Of a stretch of 64,000 bases of DNA, positions 1 through 12,768 are shown in pieces. Source of the DNA: the human T2T-CHM13v2.0 reference genome, Homo sapiens; assembly GCF_009914755.1 (NCBI RefSeq), contig NC_060934.1, one strand, 5' to 3'. A program made the translations under genes and the position numbers. The notes beneath the pieces are model-generated. The model was given only the letters and a program-made list of their open reading frames with translations, was not told the origin of the DNA and did no database searches. Each line of letters begins with the position of its first letter. The stretch's first letter is position 1.

Positions 1-32
1 TTTGGGTGGGGACACAGAGCCAAATCATATCA
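1..32 (-). mobile_element. Terminal fragment of a MaLR LTR (THE1/MST family), cut by the window edge
   Basis: tttgggtggggacacagagccaaatcatatca is the reverse complement of the THE1/MST LTR start; the same motif ends the copies at 5382, 20389 and 49230. Confidence 0.8.
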
Positions 33-44
33 AGATTCATAACA

Positions 45-778
<734 letters not shown>

Positions 779-829
779 TTGTGAGATTAGTGGAGAATTT
801 GATAGAGGTTAGTCTTGAGTAAAAGGTGG

Positions 830-1270
830 GAGCTCTGCTAGGGACTGTTGCAATGGTCTGAGTGAGAGATGCAGGTCGGGGTTTGGGCTAGGGTGGGCTC
901 CGAGGAGATAAAGATAAGGGGATGGATCTGAGAGGGGCCACACAGGCTTTGTGATGGGTGGGACCTAAGGGCAGCAAGGGAGGAAGCAGTCAGAATATTC
1001 TCAGGTTGGAGGGTCCAGGCTGGAGGAAAAGCATCCAAGGTGGCCCCACTGACTGTGACGAGGTCACTCTGGTAGGAATAGGCATGGGTGAGAGAGGCTA
1101 GGGTTAAGTTTCCTATACTTTTATTAGAAACACCTGCTGAGGTGTGGACTCTGCAAGGAAGTTGTGAGTCTGGGCAGGAGGAGCAGGTTTGGGAGCTTCC
1201 AACATAGAGAAAACATTTACATCTAGGAGAATTAAAATCCCAGGACATCTGTATGGGAAGGATGTGCAGA
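830..1270 (-). mobile_element. L2 LINE fragment
   Basis: gactgttgcaatggtctgagtgagagatg...gggctagggtggg...gatggatctgaga matches antisense L2 3' consensus, highly diverged. Confidence 0.6.
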
Positions 1271-1497
1271 GAGACGTTCACCTTCTGAATCCCTGCTGTA
1301 TGTCGGGAACACTGCAGTCGCTATTAGGGAACCAGCGATGAATAAATCGTGTTTTTCATACAAATTTTCTGCCTTGAGAGAGATTTCTCAGTAAATTTTC
1401 TTCACGAAAGAAATGGTTTTTGCTACAGACAAAACAAGAGAAGAGAAGGACACACTCCCAGTCTCGCTGGAGCCCATAGACAATGGCAATTGGCTCA

Positions 1498-1693
1498 GTA
1501 GATTTTGGGGTTTTCCATACTCACCACTATCCCAAGAGTGCTGGTGAAGGCAGTTGTGCTGTTCAAGGAAATTTCTAGAAGTTGGGGACATGGCAGGGGC
1601 ACAGCACAACTGCCTTCCCCAGCACTCTTTGGACAGTGGTGAGTATAGAAACCTCCAGATTCAACCCCAGAAGTTGGGGACATGGCAGGGGCA
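1498..1693. repeat. 65-bp inverted repeat interleaved with a perfect 25-bp direct repeat
   Basis: Arms 1498-1562 and 1601-1665 are reverse complements (56/65 identical by hand count); agaagttggggacatggcaggggca at 1577-1601 and 1669-1693. Confidence 0.9.
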
Positions 1694-3449
1694 AGGAAAG
1701 AGGCCCAGGGGACGCTGCCACTGGGTTGCGCTGATGGTTTCCAAACCTGCCAGGCACAACTGCCACAAGGACTCCTATGTGGAGCTATGAAGCTCTGCAG
1801 TGGGGTGGGTCTACTGAGTGCTCTCACACTCATTGCGGGGGGGACCCTGCATGTCATTCTGTCCTTTCCAAAATATTGCCCTTGCTCAGACACCCAAACT
1901 GGAAGATCTGTATGTCTTGCCCAGTATGACACTGGGTCGTTCTTTGGTCTGAGAAATCCGGGATAGAAAAATCCATCATCCCAGTCTCTCCAATGCCATC
2001 CCATAAAGACATTTCTGGAGTGGTCTAGCCCATCCGATGAGGATTGATCATTTAGTTAGCTACAGGCAAAGAGACTCTTGCAACTTTGCTGCTCAGTGAA
2101 TTCACCCCTAAGTTTTGATGTGGTGCATCCATTTTCAATTTCAGTTTCCTTTTGACTGTTCTTCATCTCTTGCTTGTGGGTCAGCTTTGCATGTCCAGAA
2201 GGAGTGCTTGAGTTAGTGTTTCCTGCAGGTGCTAACCATGGATTATTTGCTACTGTGGATTTGAGGGAGCATCTCACGGTGTGGTGTACGCGGCTCTGGG
2301 TTTTACCCAAGACCACATTTCTGTCCCGTTCTCTGCTTGATGCCCAACCTAGAAAACCATGCTGGGTACATAATGAAACTCAGTAAGCATTGGTGGAATG
2401 AATATTACTCCTTAGACGTCACCCTGCAGTTTGGCTTTTGGCAGTTGTCTGTGAAGTGCTCACATTGCTTGGTGGGCACTTTTTTGAGGATGAGCATCTC
2501 CGTGCTGCTCACTCTCCTCCCCTAGAGGGCCTGGGCTGGGCTGGATGTAGTGGTCTCTAGGTGTCAGGAGCCATGTGAGAGTGAAGAGGGATGTTGGGGA
2601 CCTTCTGCCGATGGAGGTTGCTTCTGTCCTTGATCATTGGAGCTCAGGTTCTCGTGGAGATGCCTGGCTCAGAGAGGGACACAGAAGCTCCCCGTGCAGG
2701 CTGGAGGCCAATACTCATCTGAGAGCTTGTGCACGGACCCCCGACCTGCAGCTGTCCAGCACTGTTGGGAAGGCGGTTCTAGTTGAGTGAGAGTGCCTAC
2801 CTGATGAGCTGGCCACCCATTCTCTGGATTTCTTAAGCTCTTGTCTTCTTTCCGGATGAATGATGGCAAGACTAGCTCCCCGGTGAAACATCTGCATGTA
2901 TCAGTTGAACCAGTTACTTAAAACTTCATAGAGCTCAGGGTTTTCTTCCAGAAATTGGGCTTAAATAGCAGCATATCCATTCCTGTCAGGATAACTGTGA
3001 AGATTTCATGAAACACTGACCACGATTCCCAATTATCCTCAGATCCATCGTTCTGGCCATCATTCCCAATTATCCTCAGACCCTTTTGCTGCCTTTTCCA
3101 GTAGTAAACGACATTTCTATGCTCTCTCACTGACTGGTTTTCAGCCAGGACCAGCCAATGGAAGCTTCTGGAAGGACATAAGCAGGGCTATTCCTCCATC
3201 CCCACCCTCCTGCTCTTCTCTGCTGGCATCTCCTACAGTATTGGCTTCTCTCCAGGTCCAGACCTGCCCTGCCCAGTGGCTGGTGGGGACAGCATCACCT
3301 TCTCCTTGCCTTTGTCCCTCTGGCACCAGGGGTGCTGGGGGCTCCAAGCAGTCCCCTCTCTGGCTCCTTGACTTTCTGGCACCTCTAAGACTAGATTCCT
3401 GTGTAGAATGGGGCTCAGTTTTCCTGATGGAATCTGGACTGCGTAGAGC

Positions 3450-3478
3450 TATTATTATTATTATTATTATTGTTATTA
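3450..3478. repeat. (ATT)n microsatellite
   Basis: tattattattattattattattgttatta. Confidence 0.9.
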
Positions 3479-4999
3479 AGATTTTTACTTCATCAATTTT
3501 AAATTCTAAATTCATTTTCCCAACTTCAACATGGACTTGTGAGTAAAATTCAAGGAAAGAAATTGAGTTTCCAGAAAATACTAACCCTACATCAAAGCAA
3601 CAAGATGGCTTGGTGTGTGTGGACATTGCTATCCTCATTCTCAGGTGCCGGGAGCATCATGACCACCCATGTTTCCCAACACAGGCCAGGGTGCTTCTAA
3701 CTCCTGGGAGGATTGGGCAGGCCGGCCTCTGGAGGCTTCTTCTTGACCTGCTCCACACCCTGGTGCTCCCTTTTGGCTCCCAGAACACACTCAGCAGGGA
3801 TCAGCCACCCACACACCTGCAGAGGCAGCTCAGCCAGCCGTAATACCAAAGAGGTTGAAGCAAACATACATCTAAACCCCCCATCTTAGGGAAAGGGGCC
3901 TGAGCCTAGAACTGTGCTTTCCTTAAGCATTTCTTAGACAACTCCCCACATAGGTACCATTTTTCCCGGGCTTTCCTGGGCATTTCTCAGCATTCCTGGG
4001 CATTTCTCAGCACAGTGCTCTGCTCTCACCATGAAAGCTATCAGTTTTGAGTTGTAGCGGCTTTCTGGAGGCTGGCCAGCAAAGGATGGCTCTGCATGTC
4101 CAGTGTCTGAACTTAGATCCCTGGCAGACTCAGACTCTGCAGCAGCAGCATACCCATGCAGGAGGGCAAGGCAGCCCACACACGACGATTATGCTCCCTC
4201 GATACAGGGATGGGGATCGTGGGGAGAGGATCCCACATATTAGCATGAACTGCAAGATCTAAGATTTGACCAATCTTTAGATTAAAAGGCAAGTGTTAAA
4301 ACGTGGTTGAAGGGTGACTCTCCCACCCTGAAGGCCCCAGGAGGGAAGAATATATACTGTCGTGGTGAATTTGGGCTTATTGCAGCAATAGGAAGCTGAC
4401 AACAAGAACTCAGGGGACTTCTGGGGACCTATTGGTTGTGCTTTTTAATTTCAGAGAATAATAACTAAGAAGGCATCCCAATAATTACAGCCCAGGTGTG
4501 CAAGGCCCACTGTTTGTGCTCAGTAACGCAACTCCATTTCCCATCTGTGTAACAGAGGTGCTGAAACTGTGAAAGATCTGTCATTCTGGTTCCAGACCTG
4601 GCCAGGAGACTGCATCATCTCCAAATATTAGTGATTTGCTTAAAACTAAGAAGGAAAACCAAGCCACCTGTCTCCTACCTTCTTAGGCAGCATTTTCACC
4701 TTTCACCCTTCATGGGGCTGCTTTGTCTTCATGGGTTCTAATTTCAAGATGAATGATTGAGAGAGTCAGGCCCAGGCTTTCTAAAGCTGTTTGGATTTTC
4801 TAGGGAATCTTCGGATTTACCTTATCACTGATAGCTCCCTTGAGTTACTACATTCTTACATCAACTCTGCAAATTTGGGTCAGAGAACATCTTATTTAAT
4901 GAATAGGAGTGTCCACACAAGAATCAGAGAAATGCTCAACCCTAAGAGCTGCACTCAGACACTGCAGGGCTCTTTATGAATGTTTGTTAACTTGGTTAT

Positions 5000-5382
5000 T
5001 GTATTAGTCTGTTTTCATGCTGCTAATAAAAACATACCCAAGACTGGGTAATTAATGAAGGAAAAAGGTTTAATTGACTTACAGTTCAGCATAGCTGGGG
5101 AGGTCTCAGGAAACTTACAATCATGGCAGAAGGAGAAGCAACACATCCTTCTTCACATGGCAGCAGTAAGGAGAAGAGTGAGAACCAAGCAAAGGGGGAA
5201 GCCCCTTATAAAACCATGAGATCTTGTGAGAACTCACTCACTATCATGAGAACAGCATGGTGCTGATTGAATCGGCCCCACGATTCAATCACCTCCCACT
5301 GGGTCCCTCTCACCACACGTGGGGATTATGGAAACTACAATTCAAGGTGAGATTTGGGTGGGGACACAGACAAATCATATGA
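5000..5382 (-). mobile_element. THE1/MST MaLR solo LTR
   Basis: tgtattagtctgttttcatgctgct...ctcaggaaacttacaatcatggcagaagg...gagatttgggtggggacacag. Confidence 0.92.
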
Positions 5383-7627
5383 GTTATCATTTTGCCAGAT
5401 AATTTCTTCTCATCTAATTCAACCAAAATAATGGAGCTGAAGAGTCTAGAGTGACAAAGAAAAGAACTGAGACTGGCAGGAAGCACGCAGTATTATTGAG
5501 GCTGGGCACTGAGGTTGGGCACTCCACTTCTGACTCTGGGTTTTGGTCCCAAAGCTTCAGAGTACAAGGCCACCAAGACTCATTTTAAGGACAGGACATT
5601 ACTGTGGGAGGGGCTTTTTATTGTTCCACCTATTACAAGCCCTCACACCCCACCAGAGTGTGGGGGGGGCCTGTCTGGACTTAAGAATGGGCAAGGACCC
5701 ACTATGTCATGAAATGAACACTTGGACCAAAATTCCCAAGGCCACACTGCTCCCTGGCCCCAAGTGGGGGGATGGAGACCACAGGAAAGCATGCAGTTGG
5801 CTTTACTATGGTGCAAAAGGAATGTTCTCATTGCCAGGTACCTTAGTGCAGGACCATGAGGGACCCCCTGAGCCACGGGAATCTCTTTTTCTCATCCCAT
5901 CCTCCTGAAGTCATCCACCAAGATGGGTCAGGCCAGCAGGTGTCACCTGCATTTACAGGGCTGTGCCCACTGTGTGACCAGCAGCCTGTTGGATAATGCA
6001 GTCCCCAACTTGGAGGCTGCCATCCAAATGTGTCCTTCTCATAATGCCTGGAGGGTCCACTCCTGCTCATCATTTCCTCACAGAGGTAAGGAAGGGGGAC
6101 CCCCACGGCCTCCCACAGGGTGGAGAACCAGGGCCTCCTTCTGTCCGCTTGGTAGTCATTTCCCTGCGCAGCCAGGCTTTCAGCTTTCTGCATGTAATTA
6201 TTTCCAAAATGAGGCTTAAAACCCTTTCTGCTTTTCTTGTCCAATGTTAGTGATTTATTAACAGATGTGGCTGTGGTCCCGACCTCGGAGGAGTTTTTTA
6301 TCTGCCAGTTGTAAATACAAGGTATGCAAATACAGCCGCCATTCAGGCTGTATCCACAATCCAACTGAAGTGGTCCCATCATAAATTAAACACGTGTTTG
6401 TGTTCACAAGTGCCAGCCTTCATGGGGCCATGTATACCCTAATCACAACCATTGAACACTCTCTTACAGGTGCCTAGTAGTGGCAGGCGTGTAGCAGCCA
6501 ATTGGCAGAGTGTGGGGTGTGCTGTCCTCCCCTCAGAACTCCCCAGGCAAGGGACACATCCTTTCCATGACAGGCTTGGGCAGAAATAGCAGCTTGTATG
6601 TCTGATTTGTAGAAATAAACAAGTTGTCTTGTTTGTCTCCCCACTCCCACCACCGCTGCCTGATGTTGGTGACAGGAAGAGGCATAGAATCTTAATGGTG
6701 AACAATAATTTTTACCTTGATACTAAATGGGTTTGACCTGGCCTGGCCACCTCTTTGAAACAGGTCTGTGGAGCAGCAGGCACGTTGGAAAGTTTATACT
6801 TTGGGGATCTGGTCGACAAGCTAGAAGCCGTGAAAGGGCAAGTTACTAAAATAGATAGTGATGGCTTTGGACTGCAGCACAGACATGGTGTCAATTAAGG
6901 CAGCTTGGGCTCTGTGTCTGTTGGAGGAGGTGTTGTGTGTGGCTTAGGGGGTTGAGAAATTTGCCCTTTGGACTTGTTTCACCTTTCCTGTCACCAGAGG
7001 AGTTGGATTGACATTGTGCCACATCAAGCACTGTTTCCACTCTGGGATAATTACCTGAAATTTCTGGGCAATTGGGAGCTTGGAGTGTGTGCACACCTGC
7101 ACACTTCTGATCAAGGCATGAGCCTCTAAAGGCAAGCCTGGGTCTGGGGTCCTAAATGATCTCTAAATGTGTTCCATCTCCATGTGTCTGTTGAGTGGGA
7201 CCTAATACTGCCCTGCAAAGTGGAGTTAGGATCTGAAGCCCCCCTTGGCAGAGGCAAAACCTGCCTAACTTGAGGGAGCCTGTCAAGGAGGGTGAGGGTC
7301 CCGGGGAGGACTTTGTAGGCATGGACTCACTTAAACGCGAGGAATGGGAAGGAAAGAGTGAAACCGATAGTCAGAATGGGCCGGATACTTTGCTTGGAAA
7401 ATATTCTTCAAATGAAGTTCTTTCATGCAAGCTCTAGAAAACGTAGGCTCTTAAATTTGCATTTGTAAGGAGGTAAAGCAAATTTGCAGCTTAGAAGGGA
7501 GATAAACTGGACAATGTGCTGTGCATATACTCAAAGGGTATAAAATAAAAAAATATTTGAAAGGCTATGTGGGACGCTGTAAAAATATTAGTCTGAAATG
7601 ATCATGGGATTAAAAGCAACTTAGAAA

Positions 7628-7970
7628 GGCCGGGCGCAGTGGCTCATGCCTGTAATCCTAGCACTTTGGGAGGCCGAGGCGGGTGGATCACCAAGTCAGG
7701 AGATCGATACCATCCTGGCCAACATGGTAAAACCCTGTGTCTACTAAAAATACAAAAATTAGCTGGCATGGTGGCGCGCGCCTGTAGTTCCAGCTACTTG
7801 GAGGCCGAGGCAAGAGAATAGCTTGAACCTGGGAGGTTGCAGTGAACTGAGATCATGCCACTGCACTCCCGCCTGGGCAACAGGGTGAGACTCTGTCTCA
7901 AAAGAACAGGGATTCTGTCTCAAAAGAACAAAACAAAACGAAAACAACAACAAGAACAATTAAAAAAAAC
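7628..7970 (+). mobile_element. AluS (AluSc-like)
   Basis: ggccgggcgcagtggctcatgcctgtaatcc...; flanking near-duplication caacttagaaa/caacttagaga; tail carries a small duplication of tctgtctcaaaagaaca. Confidence 0.96.
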
Positions 7971-8343
7971 AACTTAGAGAAAGGCCACTTATGAAAACAT
8001 TAAGTAGACATCGTTAAATTTGGAGAAAGGAGAAGGGGTAGAGGTGAGAAAGAGTGTGCTCAGTCCAAGATCATGTATTTTCCCCTAACTGTGTGCAGGC
8101 TTGTGGCTGAACATGGGCGTCATGCTTAGTCCTCTGAGGGCTGGGGTCCTAGAACTCTTCATTTCCTGGAAGCATAAGTGTGTGAGGGGAGGCTGCTGAG
8201 AAGTGAGGAAGTAGTGCTGGGGACGCCCTGCTGGTGCTGGCCGGGAGCATGGAATGTCCACAGGTCAGTTGGGACCCACATCGGGAGTTCCAGTGTCCAA
8301 AGCACCTGCCTTAGGCGTCCCTTTGCCCCGCTGTGGAGCCTGG

Positions 8344-8371
8344 GAGAGACAGAGAGAGAGAGAGAGAGACA

Positions 8372-8405
<34 letters not shown>
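8344..8405. repeat. (GA)n microsatellite
   Basis: Imperfect GA run of ~60 bp. Confidence 0.95.
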
Positions 8406-8407
<2 letters not shown>

Positions 8408-8689
8408 CTCTGTGCAGTTAATTCCTCTGGTTCTGTGAAGGGTTCCCCTTATTTCAAGAGCATTTGGTTGTGATTTATATTCTATTTCCAATAAGAAGTT
8501 TCCCAGCTGAGATCCAACACAGGAAACGGAAGCAAGCATCTTTACAAGTCCCCTTCTATGAAGGAATGGGTTTGCCCCACGGCTGCCTCACTTGATGTTT
8601 CTGCGATTCCTTTAGAGTCTCCCAGAAAGGGGGAGAGAAGCCCAGAACCTCGCAGGAGCCCCTATCCCTCATTTTCAAACACTATTTGA

Positions 8690-9090
8690 AAATCAACTCA
8701 AGATGAGGGTTAGGGATTAAATGGAAAGTACCGTATATGATCTAGGAGTGAAGACGGCCTTTCCATGAGACAGTGAAGGCAGGAGACCTTAAAAACACGG
8801 CTGGCAGACCTGAGTAAATGAAAGCCCCCAGAGAGCACAGCGTCCCAATGCCAGAAAGAGACTCCAAGCAAAGGAGAACCTGGGGGAACATGAGCTACCT
8901 CCGTGACAACAGATGTTTTTAAAAATTAACAAATTATTCAGAAAAATATAAATGTCTTCATAGAAAAATGGGCAGTGAACAAGTAATACAGAAAATAAAA
9001 ACCACAAATGGCCAGTGAAAACTAAAAAATATTTCACTTATAATGGAATAAGTCATATTAAACAAGATTTTTCACCTTTAAAATGAGTAA

Positions 9091-9133
<43 letters not shown>

Positions 9134-9480
9134 AAAGTTCAGGGAAATTGTTAGTCTCAAAGAGCTGGTGTGAATGTGAATTAATACAGCACTTCTGTGG
9201 GATGATTTTGGCAATACGTTCCAAACACCTTAAAAATGGATGCACACTTGACCGTGTAATTCCACGTGTAATAATTTAGTCAAAGAATTCACTGCAGGGT
9301 CTGCATGAGCATTTCCCATGAATGTGCACACAGGTGTTTGCTGCAATGCTTGCATTGCAAGCTACCTATTTGTTGGAAAATACATTGGAAATACATTTCC
9401 AAATACATTGGAAACTACCTATTTGTTGAAAAACACAGGGTTAGTGACATAAACTACAGTGTGCTCATGTTAAACACAAA
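8690..9480 (+). mobile_element. Ancient L1 (L1ME-like) ORF2-end/3' fragments
   Basis: aaaatcaactcaagatg, gaaaaatgggcagtgaac, caaatggccagtgaaa, ctggtgtgaatgtgaattaatacagcacttctgtgg...ttggcaata resemble L1 3' landmarks. Confidence 0.55.
9093..9131. repeat. (TG)n microsatellite
   Basis: ~19 perfect TG units. Confidence 0.95.
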
Positions 9481-9944
9481 TGTCCTACTGCCCCAGATTA
9501 GTGATTCTTAATCTGTGCCCATAAAAGCTTCTGGGTTGCCCTGGGGAGTCCCTTCAAGGGCCACAGGAGACCAACTTTGGGGATATTACTCTGATTTGAT
9601 TTTATTGACATGAAAGGCTTAATTTGAACAAAACTTTTCCTCACTTTAGTAAGGTTTAAGTCCACAATTGTAGAGAGATGTTTAATCACGTGGACAGTTG
9701 CCTGAGATATGGTTGTTTTAAAGACTGTTTATAAGATAGTGCCCAATGTACAACTCTGTGGTCCCGAAGCACCGATCCTACAGCCCACAGCTTCCACCCC
9801 TCCCGACGGCACCCTCCACTGGGATGATGTCCTCTCCCTGCAGACCTGCCCTCCTCTGCCCCCTGAGACCCCCAGCCCATGATCTGAGCATGCCTCCCCA
9901 GCACTGCTGCTAGAAGCTGCACAGTGTGGGGCTCATGCCTGGGG

Positions 9945-10085
9945 CTCAAGGCTGGATCCTGGCTTCACCTGCTGTTGTGCAAGCTCCTCTGTGCCTCAGT
10001 GTCCTCATCAGCAAGTGAGGGTGCTGACAGCTCCTCCTTCCTCAGGTAACTGGGGATTAAATGAGTGTATACATACTCAAATAAT
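9945..10085 (+). mobile_element. MIR SINE (continues ~10780-10845 after MER2 and a low-complexity block)
   Basis: ctctgtgcctcagtgtcctcatcagcaagtgagg...ggattaaatgag MIR core; downstream gcacacagcaagcactctatgta...ttactactatt. Confidence 0.6.
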
Positions 10086-10107
10086 GCCGTAGATACTTAA
10101 ACATAGA

Positions 10108-10452
10108 TACCCTCCTCCCTTGGTACACATGGAGGATTTGTTTCCCCACAGATACCAAAATCCATAGATGCTCAAGTCTCTTATATAAAATGGTGTAGTA
10201 TTTGCATGTAACCTACACACATCCTCCCCAAAACTTTAAACCATCTCTAGATTACCTGTAATAGCTAATAGGCTGTAGATGTTATGTAAATAACTGTTAT
10301 ATCGTATCATTTAGGCAATAATGACAAGAAAGAAAAGCCTGTACTTGTTCAGTGCAAAAGCAAAGCATCTACTTTTTCCTGAATATTTTTTATCTCAGGT
10401 TGACTGTTGAATCCACATATGGGGAACCCACGTATACAGAGGGCTGACCCTG

Positions 10453-10453
<1 letters not shown>
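10108..10453 (+). mobile_element. MER2 (TcMar-Tigger non-autonomous DNA transposon)
   Basis: ataccaaaatccatagatgctcaagtctcttatataaaatggtgtagtatttgcatgtaacctacacacatcctccc...gaacccacgtatacagagggctgac. Confidence 0.88.
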
Positions 10454-10454
<1 letters not shown>

Positions 10455-10485
<31 letters not shown>

Positions 10486-10520
10486 TTGAGTGTGCATGTG
10501 TGTGTGTTTGTGTGTGTATT
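10455..10520. repeat. (TG)n compound microsatellite followed by AT-rich low complexity
   Basis: Direct TG runs. Confidence 0.9.
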
Positions 10521-10959
10521 GTTCTTTATAGATTCATATATTTATATATATTCACTTCATGCTATATGCCAATATATACATGTATTTATTATATAATTCT
10601 GATTATAGACATATTTTATATCCTCATTTAATCATATACATATCTAATCATGGCTATTTTTGCACCACATGTAAATATACTTATTTGTGTGTGCGTTTGT
10701 GTGATGAGTGCATTGTGCTAGCAGTATATATCTCAGGAAGAATTTCATAGGGATCTTGTAATACACACTCATTCAATCCTATGCTCTGCTTTGGTGCTCG
10801 GCACACAGCAAGCACTCTATGTAGGTGAGCAGTTACTACTATTGTCCTTTAACATTTGATTCCAGATCCTGGGCTGCCTCTGCCCAACCCCCGCTGCACT
10901 TTTCCCAACCCCTATTGCACTTTCTCCCCCTCCGCCCCAAAATTGAAGGCAGCATCTCA

Positions 10960-11330
10960 CCTGGTTCCCAGAACATGGCACCTGCTGCCTCTCAGGCCTT
11001 TCTTTTTACCACTCTCCCTTTTTGCTGGCTCTGCTCCAGGCATTCTGGCTTCAACTTATCCTCAGACAATGCCCTGTGTTCCACTTCCGACCCTTTGCAC
11101 GAGCTGTTCCTGCTGACACATGCTTGCCACCTCAACTCTGCTGGTGGTGCCATAACAGAGACACCCTCCCCAGGCCCTAGATCTAGGAGCACCTCCTTCA
11201 TCTCTCTTGACTCCTTTTCTGCAAAGCCCCTGGAACAGATCACCATGTGACTGCTTGCCAATTTACTGTCAAGTTCCCAGCCTGAGCTGTAAGTTCCATG
11301 AGGCCCAATGTGGCTGCTTTGCAGTATTCT
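10960..11330 (+). mobile_element. L2 3' fragment (terminal part resumes at ~12040-12090 after the VNTR)
   Basis: ccctttgcacgagctgttcc...gagctgtaagttccatgaggccc; after the VNTR ctcatgaagtatttgaggagtgagtg resembles the L2 tail. Confidence 0.55.
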
Positions 11331-12040
11331 TGCAGTGTGAACTGTGCTCCCACAGAGTGAACAGTGCTGCCATACGGTGAATGGTGCTCCCACAGGGTGA
11401 ACAGTGCTCTCACAGGGTGAAGAGTGTTCCCACAGTGTGAATAGTGCTCTCGCAGGGTAAACAATCCTTCCCTGGTGTAAACCGTGCTCCCACAGGGTGA
11501 ACAGTGCTCCCAAAGGGTGAAGAGTGCTGCCATAGAGTGAATGGTGCTCTCACAGGGTGAATAGTGCTCCTACAGGGTGAACAGTCCTTCCCTGGGGTGA
11601 ACAGTACTCCTGCAGGGTGAAGAGTGTTCCCACAGTGTGAATAGTGCTCTTGCAGGGTAAACAATCCTTCCCTGGGGTAAACAGTGCTCCCATAGGGTGA
11701 AGAGTGTTCCCACAGTGTGACTAGTGCTCTCGCAGGGTAAACAATCCTTCCCTGGGGTAAACCGTGCTCCCACAGGGTGAATAGTGCTCCCAAAGGGTGA
11801 ACAGTCCTTCCCTGGGGTGAACAGTGCTCCTGCAGGGTGAACAGTGCTGCCATAGGGTGAATGATTCTCCTACAGGGTGAGCAGTGCTCCCATAGGGTGA
11901 AGAATGTTCCCACAGTGTGAATAGTGCTCTCACAGAGTAAACAGTCCTTCCCTGGGGTGAACAGTGATCCCACAGGGTAAACAGTCTTTCCCTGGGGTGA
12001 ACAGTGCTCCTGCAGGGTGAACGATACTCCCACATGTAAA
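11331..12040. repeat. Minisatellite/VNTR, ~35 copies of a 20-bp unit (consensus cacagggtgaacagtgctcc)
   Basis: Strict 20-bp register without indels from 11331 to 12030; recurring 80-bp block at 11411, 11611, 11691 and 11891. Confidence 0.98.
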
Positions 12041-12617
12041 GTGTGTCCCCACAAGCACGGCCTCATGAAGTATTTGAGGAGTGAGTGCAATGTGCTAACA
12101 GAAGGATTTTAGAAGTTCTTTTATTTAGCTTTTATGTATTGTACTTATTTTCAAAAATGTACATGAAACAAATGAGAGTTACTTTTTAAAATCGGTTGAA
12201 GAATGGAGACAACCTGAGAGCCAGTGGGTGGGAGGGTGATCTGAACACTGTCTTTTAAGTTTCAGACCCAGTTATCTTCAAAGTCTACCTTACTGCAGAT
12301 GGCCTGCAAAATGTGTCTCATTCTGAAGCTTCCCACCCCATCAGATAGATAATTTATTGCAGATAAACATTTTTTTGATATGTATTTAAATAACCAGATC
12401 TTCTCTTCTCTTCTACAAGTGGACACTAGCTTGAAAATAGAGATAACTGAGAAATAAAGATGGGGGAAATACACTTACCCTGTTTTTGTATTGTCTAGTT
12501 GTCTGTACCATGGGACTTTGTACAGATCTGAGAACAACATGAGTAGAGGACAGGGCAGAGCAGTGGGAAGATAGCATCCGGAGCTAGGAATGTTTCAGAA
12601 GACATCAGAAATTCTTG

Positions 12618-12768
12618 GCGAGACCTACCACATAATTTGCTGGTCTCCTGTTAAAAAATTATGAAGATTTTCAAGAGGACTACAGGAGAGCATGAAACCA
12701 TGCTTCTGGCTTTCGAAGGTGGGAACCTGTGCAACAGCTCAGGTCGGGCATTTGTGAAGCCGGTCCTG
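12618..12768 (-). mobile_element. MER45-like hAT-Tip100 element
   Basis: Ends gaacctgtgcaacagctcaggtcgggcatttgtgaagccggtcctg, similar to the reverse complement of the recalled MER45 terminus. Confidence 0.55.

Noticed and set aside
11331-12040. Regular repeat array superficially like a CRISPR
   Set aside because: Contiguous tandem units with no unique spacers, no cas genes, primate DNA
11410-12090. 226-aa and overlapping minus-strand ORFs with repeating LFTLWEH motifs
   Set aside because: Artefact of the 20-bp VNTR being stop-poor on that strand; no gene context
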